Source of the DNA: Myxococcota bacterium
GTDB taxonomy: Bacteria > Myxococcota > UBA727 > JAHDBA01
Direction of reading: 5' to 3'
DNA length: 64,000 bases
NCBI GenBank assembly: GCA_020630615.1
Contig: JAHDBA010000011.1
Span: 2,321-66,320 of the forward strand
Position numbers and translations under genes: made by a program. Shown here piece by piece: positions 59,121 through 64,000 of this stretch (position 1 is its first letter; the number at the start of each line of letters is the position of its first letter). Under the pieces are notes generated by a model that was not told where the DNA came from, ran no database searches, and was given only the letters and a program-made list of their open reading frames with translations.

Positions 59121-59899
59121 ATCCTTATGTTGCGTGGGTCCCGATTGTGTTGCTTGTTGCGATTGGTGTGTTTTCGACTTTGGGTATTGGGCTTGGCCGT
59201 GCCGAAGACTTTCATTTCGAGATGGATGCGAACGGTTGCTCTACCTCGGAGGTTGAGTTTTTGGAGGCCGAGGTTCGCGAGGCTCTCAGCGACATTGCGG
59301 AAGAATATCGTGGCTGGTGGAAGTGGCAAATTCCGAGCTCGGTGGACCTGAAAAAGATAACGATTCATCCGCGTGTTCGAAGCGTTTCAATTGGGTGCTC
59401 GGATCATGTTGAATGTATCGTGCGAGCACAACTTCGAAGACCTGTTGCAGTTGTTGCGGGCGAAAAAAACTTTTTTCTCGACGAGGAAAGTGTACTTTTC
59501 CAGGAAGTTTTTTCGGACGAGCCGGTCGATTTACCAATAATTAGTGGTTGGAGTTTGAACTCTTTTTACGAAAAAGATGAGTTGCTACGATCACTTACGT
59601 CCCTCCTTGAAAGCTATCGTTTAAGTCTGAAAAAATTCGGAAAAATTCTTGAGCTTGGTCGTGACGAATCAGGACTTGTTAGGCTAGGCTTTGAAAATGG
59701 ACTTCACCTTCGCGCTCAACCCAAAGACCTCGCTAGTTTTCCGAACCTCTGGCGAGAGTCGAACGCGGAAAGTGCACTTCGAAGCTGCGTCCAAGAAGTT
59801 CTTGCTGAAGAGGAGTTTTCGAATCGCAAAGTCCTTGTGGACTGGGACGCGTCGAAACAACTCTGTGTACGTTGGTTTCCTGGGCCCCGGACTCCCTAA
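59090..59899 (+). CDS. ftsQ: Cell division protein FtsQ/DivIB-like.
   Basis: Single N-terminal TM (YVAWVPIVLLVAIGVFSTLGIGLG) followed by a POTRA-like region. Its position between murB and ftsA supports the call. Confidence 0.55.
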   Translation: MGNQTRRKFLNPYVAWVPIVLLVAIGVFSTLGIGLGRAEDFHFEMDANGCSTSEVEFLEAEVREALSDIAEEYRGWWKWQIPSSVDLKKITIHPRVRSVSIGCSDHVECIVRAQLRRPVAVVAGEKNFFLDEESVLFQEVFSDEPVDLPIISGWSLNSFYEKDELLRSLTSLLESYRLSLKKFGKILELGRDESGLVRLGFENGLHLRAQPKDLASFPNLWRESNAESALRSCVQEVLAEEEFSNRKVLVDWDASKQLCVRWFPGPRTP

Positions 59900-59937
59900 T
59901 ACATGCGAGAAGTTTCTCTGCACCAAGGGGGTTCACG

Positions 59938-61272
59938 ATGCCTGATCGTTTTAATGATGACGAGATTATCGTTGGGCTTGATGTCGGAACCACGAAAGTC
60001 TGTGCTGTTGTCGCCCGAAAAATAAAACGGGGAAGCTCAACTGCTAACTCGGATGCCTCAGCACGCGCTTGTTCGAGAGAGCTCTATGCCTTTGGTGATT
60101 TGTCCGCGCATAGCGTTCTAAAGGAATACGATTTGGAGATCCTCGGGGTGGGAGAGGCCGTATCACGAGGGCTCCGTAAAGGTGTTGTCATTAATATCGA
60201 TGCCACCACATCTTCGATCATGGAAGCACTCGAAGATGCCGAACGTAAATGCGAACGAAGTCTCGAGAACGTTTATGTTGGGGTGTCGGGCGCCCATATT
60301 CGTAGTTTTAATAGTCACGGTATCGTTGCGGTGGATGGAAATGAAGTTGTGCAACGCGATATTGATCGCGTGATCGATGCCGCGAAAGCTGTCTCGGTCC
60401 CGATGGATCGTGAAATTATTCATGTGTTGCCGCAAGAATTTATTGTTGATGGTGAAGATGGGATTCGAGACCCCTTGGGGATGGCTGGCGTTCGGCTTGA
60501 GGCTAAGGTGCATATTGTGACTGGCGCTCATGCATCGGCTCAAAACATCGTGACCTGTACAGACCGATGCACTCTAGAGGTTGACGATATCGTCCTTGAA
60601 CAACTTGCCTCGAGTTTGGCGGTCTTGACGGAAGACGAGAAGAAGCTTGGTGTTGTTCTTGTTGACATTGGCGGCGGCACAACGGACGTCGCGATTTTCT
60701 GTGACGGAGCCATTCAGCATAGCGCTGTGATTCCAATTGGTGGGCAGCATATGACGAATGATATTGCTGTTGGCTTGCGAACGCCCCAGAGTGAAGCGGA
60801 AGAAATCAAACGTCGAAGCGGAAGCGCACACGAGTGTCATATCAAGCATGGTGAGACAATTGAGGTGCCAAGCTTAGGGACACGAAAAACAAGAATACTA
60901 AGTCGACTCATTTTGCCTGAGATCTTGGGCCCGCGTGTTGAAGAGATTTTCGAGCTTGTGGCACGAGAAGTGGAAAAGGTCGGTCTCAGTGAGTTACTCG
61001 CCTCGGGCGTCGTCGTTACGGGGGGGAGCTCTTTGCTTCCCGGCCTCTTGGAGGTCGCAGAAGAGACGATGTCGGTGCCTGCTCGCTTGGGCATCCCGGA
61101 TTTAGGTCGAGGTCGTGCAGAAGCAATACGCAATCCAATGTATGCAACTGGGGTGGGCCTTGTTAAGTATGGCTTTCTTGATTCCGTCACAGCTACAAAT
61201 GTTGAAGTGAAAGCGAATGTGTATGACAAGGTCAAGAAACGCATGGGCGCGTGGCTTCAGGAAGTTTTTTAG
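59938..61272 (+). CDS. ftsA: Cell division protein FtsA.
   Basis: IVGLDVGTTKVCAVVA actin-like phosphate-1 motif and VLVDIGGGTTDVAIF phosphate-2. ATG at 59938. Confidence 0.9.
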   Translation: MPDRFNDDEIIVGLDVGTTKVCAVVARKIKRGSSTANSDASARACSRELYAFGDLSAHSVLKEYDLEILGVGEAVSRGLRKGVVINIDATTSSIMEALEDAERKCERSLENVYVGVSGAHIRSFNSHGIVAVDGNEVVQRDIDRVIDAAKAVSVPMDREIIHVLPQEFIVDGEDGIRDPLGMAGVRLEAKVHIVTGAHASAQNIVTCTDRCTLEVDDIVLEQLASSLAVLTEDEKKLGVVLVDIGGGTTDVAIFCDGAIQHSAVIPIGGQHMTNDIAVGLRTPQSEAEEIKRRSGSAHECHIKHGETIEVPSLGTRKTRILSRLILPEILGPRVEEIFELVAREVEKVGLSELLASGVVVTGGSSLLPGLLEVAEETMSVPARLGIPDLGRGRAEAIRNPMYATGVGLVKYGFLDSVTATNVEVKANVYDKVKKRMGAWLQEVF

Positions 61273-61323
61273 AGTACAAGCGGCCTTTTCCAATGTCTAA
61301 AAAGACATGGAGGGCCAAACACA

Positions 61324-62787
61324 ATGGGGGACACTATGATTGAGTTTGAACGTAAAGAGAAGAATGGACCCGATATTCATGTTGTTGGTGTTGGTGGCGG
61401 TGGTGGCAATGCCATTAACAACATGATTGAGCATGAACTTGCAGGGGTGACTTTTATCGCTGCAAATACGGATTGTCAGTCGCTGGAAATGAGCCAGGCG
61501 AGTGTCAAGGTTCGCTTGGGTAGTGAATCGACTCGTGGCCTTGGTGCAGGAGCCCGCCCAGAAGTCGGCTTGGCTGCGGCAAAAGAGAGCATTGATCAGA
61601 TCGAGGATACTCTTACGGGTGCCGATATGACCTTTATTGCAGCGGGAATGGGAGGCGGAACCGGTACGGGAGCGGCGCCAATCGTTGCCGAAGTTGCTCG
61701 TAAGAAAGGTGCTTTAACTGTTGGTGTGGTGACCAAGCCTTTCTCTTTTGAAGGAGCTCGCCGCCGTAAACAAGCGGAAGAAGGTATTCGTGCGCTCTCC
61801 GAATCGGTGGACACCTTGATTGTGGTTCCCAATGATCGATTGCTCGAGATTACTGCTGAAGAAACTTCGATGTTGGACGCATTTAAGTTGGCAGATCAGG
61901 TACTTTATAACGCTGTGAAGGGTATTAGCGATATTATTACGCAAAAAGGTGTGCTTAATGTTGACTTCGCGGATGCCGTGAGTGTGATGAGTGGCCAAGG
62001 ACGAGCATTAATGGGTATTGGTCGTTCGAAAGGTAAGAATCGAGCCGAAGAAGCGGCGAAGATGGCAGTGTCGAGCCCCTTGCTGGAGAATGTATCGGTT
62101 GACGGCGCAACCGGGATCCTCGTGAATGTCACGGGCGGAGCCACTTTAACATTGCATGAGGTGAACTCAGCAATCCATTTGATTACAGACGCAGCCGATG
62201 ATGATGCAAACATTATTTTTGGTTATGTTGTTGACGAAACAATGGGTGATGAAATTGCGATTACCGTTATCGCTACTGGCTTTGAAAATGCGGAGCAACG
62301 CAATGCAAAGTCTGAACTCAAAACAAAACTAGCGCATGAACATGCTGGTGCGTTGAATAGTACTCAAGAAGAGAAGCGTCGAAACGCAGATGTTCCTGCA
62401 TATCTACGAAAGAGTTGGGAGAAAAACACGTCGCCCCTTGACAGCGACTCTTTTGTTAAAGATGTCGCAGAAACAAATGTAAACGCGCTGGATAGACAAC
62501 ATGCGGGTCACGTGAACTCGATTGTTCCAACGCCGGCATCCGAACTCGAAAGCAATACCAGGACCGCCAGAAAGGGCAATGAAACAGAGCCCGTGATGTC
62601 TGTGCTTCCAGCGATATCGCACCGGGAGCATAATGCTAGAATGACGAGTGGGACGCGTCGCCCCCATGAAGATCGACGGCAGAAGCCGGCAAAGCGCGGA
62701 GTAGCCGCTGATTCCATGTACAGTGAAGCCTTACAAGATGATGAGTATGATATTCCTGCCTTCTTGCGTCGCAACAGTGAACACTAG
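61324..62787 (+). CDS. ftsZ: Cell division protein FtsZ.
   Basis: GVGGGGGNAINNMI and tubulin signature GGGTGTGAAP. Long disordered C-terminal linker, then a conserved C-terminal peptide DIPAFLRR. Confidence 0.9.
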   Translation: MGDTMIEFERKEKNGPDIHVVGVGGGGGNAINNMIEHELAGVTFIAANTDCQSLEMSQASVKVRLGSESTRGLGAGARPEVGLAAAKESIDQIEDTLTGADMTFIAAGMGGGTGTGAAPIVAEVARKKGALTVGVVTKPFSFEGARRRKQAEEGIRALSESVDTLIVVPNDRLLEITAEETSMLDAFKLADQVLYNAVKGISDIITQKGVLNVDFADAVSVMSGQGRALMGIGRSKGKNRAEEAAKMAVSSPLLENVSVDGATGILVNVTGGATLTLHEVNSAIHLITDAADDDANIIFGYVVDETMGDEIAITVIATGFENAEQRNAKSELKTKLAHEHAGALNSTQEEKRRNADVPAYLRKSWEKNTSPLDSDSFVKDVAETNVNALDRQHAGHVNSIVPTPASELESNTRTARKGNETEPVMSVLPAISHREHNARMTSGTRRPHEDRRQKPAKRGVAADSMYSEALQDDEYDIPAFLRRNSEH

Positions 62788-62808
62788 GCCTTTCGCTTCG
62801 GGCATGCT

Positions 62809-63393
62809 TTGACTTCGAAAGAAGACTCTCTCAAGCCGCCTAGCTCACAAGGTGCGTCTTTGAAACACGAAAGTGTCCACCAGGCATTGAGTGGGAACCC
62901 AAAAGGTGCTGGTAACAATTTGGGTTACTGGCTTGGCCTTTGGTTTGGGAGCGGCTTACTTCCAAAGGCTCCGGGGACATGGGGGACGCTTTTTGCGCTC
63001 CCCTTTTGGGGCCTTTTGTTTTGGTGGTCTGAAAATATACTGACTCGCATGGTTGCCGTCACGCTTGTGTCACTGGTTGGTATTTGGGCCTGTGACCAGG
63101 TTATTTTGCGTCTGAGTGAGGAAGACCCAAAGTCAGCGGTTATTGATGAAGCTGCTGGGTTTGGGTTAACACTTTTGATTTTCAAGATGAACCCGGTGAC
63201 GTTGGTGCTTGCTTTCATACTCTTTAGATTTTTTGATATTCTCAAACCGTGGCCAATACGAATTGTTGATGAGAGAATCCACGGTGGGCTTGGAGTCATG
63301 CTTGACGACCTCATTGCAGGTGTTTTTGCTGCGTTGATAATGTGCTTAGCGATGAAAGTCATCGGACTACCGCTTGAAGTGATAAGCTTTTAA
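62809..63393 (+). CDS. pgpA: Phosphatidylglycerophosphatase A-like protein.
   Basis: LPKAPGTWGTLFALPFW matches the PgpA GT(F/W)G(S/T)L motif. About 3 TM segments. Confidence 0.65.
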   Translation: MTSKEDSLKPPSSQGASLKHESVHQALSGNPKGAGNNLGYWLGLWFGSGLLPKAPGTWGTLFALPFWGLLFWWSENILTRMVAVTLVSLVGIWACDQVILRLSEEDPKSAVIDEAAGFGLTLLIFKMNPVTLVLAFILFRFFDILKPWPIRIVDERIHGGLGVMLDDLIAGVFAALIMCLAMKVIGLPLEVISF

Positions 63394-63413
63394 GAACAAG
63401 TGTAGGTTTTGAC

Positions 63414-63929
63414 TTGAGTGCGGCTCATATACTTCGTGTTCTTAGAAAGCGTGAGCAGAGCTTGGCTTGCGTGGAGAGTTGCACGGGGGGGCTCTTAGGG
63501 GCAAGCTTCGTGAGCTGTACTGGAGCATCACAAGTATTCGTGGGTTCTGCCAACGTTTATCAGCACTATGCAAAGAATACCTTATTTCATCGCACGGGCA
63601 TCGACTTTCATTTGAAGACGGGAGACGATGCGCTCACGACTTATTGTGTGGAAGCGATGCTTCAAGCGGGGAAACATTTCTTTGGTGCAGATCTTGTCAT
63701 TGCAACTTCAGGCCTCGCTCCTTCCGAGGGCGAAAAGGTAAGTCATGCATCAAACATATTGGGTCTTGCGCAGGGGGATGTTTTGTTTGGTGTGCTCTAT
63801 CAAGGCAATCTTGAGATGGATTGCATCAGCGTTCAATGTGCGCGTCGAGACCATTTTATGCCCTCGACAGTCGACGCGATCCTTTCTCGTGTTGCATCAA
63901 TGTGTGCCAAGAGTTCTAGCCTTGTTTAA
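63414..63929 (+). CDS. CinA C-terminal domain protein (nicotinamide-nucleotide amidohydrolase PncC-like).
   Basis: LACVESCTGGLLGASFVSCTGASQVFVGSANVYQHYAKNTL matches the CinA_C signature AESCTGG...G.S. Confidence 0.7.
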   Translation: MSAAHILRVLRKREQSLACVESCTGGLLGASFVSCTGASQVFVGSANVYQHYAKNTLFHRTGIDFHLKTGDDALTTYCVEAMLQAGKHFFGADLVIATSGLAPSEGEKVSHASNILGLAQGDVLFGVLYQGNLEMDCISVQCARRDHFMPSTVDAILSRVASMCAKSSSLV

Positions 63930-64000
63930 TACACTGGTCCAGAGATTCGTAATGTGATGGCGAAGTCGGTGTTGTCGAGCGCACCAAAGTTCACGCCAGG

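Noticed and set aside
1-64000. CRISPR arrays, IS elements or prophage genes.
   Set aside because: No regularly spaced direct repeats were seen. No transposase, integrase, terminase or capsid-like ORFs were recognised anywhere in the window.

Overview
This 64 kb window is mostly core chromosome at roughly 50% GC. The gene content (a type-2 eukaryote-like IleRS, Cys-rich secreted repeat proteins, a long dcw cluster) is compatible with a deltaproteobacterial or Bdellovibrionota-like organism. That placement is inference only.

Core genes I can recognise:
- ileS, N-terminal part on the minus strand at the left edge
- etfA and etfB
- a cysteine desulfurase-family gene
- nrnA-like DHH phosphoesterase
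- clpX
- rplC
- glutamine-dependent nadE
- recF-like
- gor
- a creB/creC/creD-like module (response regulator, histidine kinase, CreD membrane protein)
- mltG and ruvX
- phaR
- a long dcw cluster: rsmH-ftsL-ftsI-murE ... murF-mraY-murD-ftsW-murG-murC-murB-ftsQ-ftsA-ftsZ, followed by pgpA and a CinA-C/PncC-like gene

Two minus-strand tRNAs, tRNA-Asn(GUU) and tRNA-Ala(GGC, with the G3:U70 pair), bracket a roughly 6 kb accessory island. The island carries two tandem paralogous small 3-TM proteins followed by two tandem paralogous large acidic proteins. The large proteins share a C-terminal domain of about 250 aa with a caspase/CHAT-like His...Cys dyad signature. This is the best candidate for an undescribed system.

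The otherwise conserved dcw cluster is interrupted between murE and murF. The insert is a convergent 786-aa secreted protein with a single CxxCH motif and a frameshifted macro-domain gene.

Other oddities:
- rplC sits alone, detached from the S10 operon.
- Two proteins share an unusual beta-propeller-like repeat; one of them also has Cys-rich repeats.
- A small protein combines HExxH with a dockerin-like calcium loop.
- An alpha/beta hydrolase next to a decayed AT-rich non-coding zone lacks a canonical start covering its conserved N-terminus.

I saw no CRISPR array, transposase or integrase. All calls come from reading translated ORFs and motifs by eye, with no database searches.
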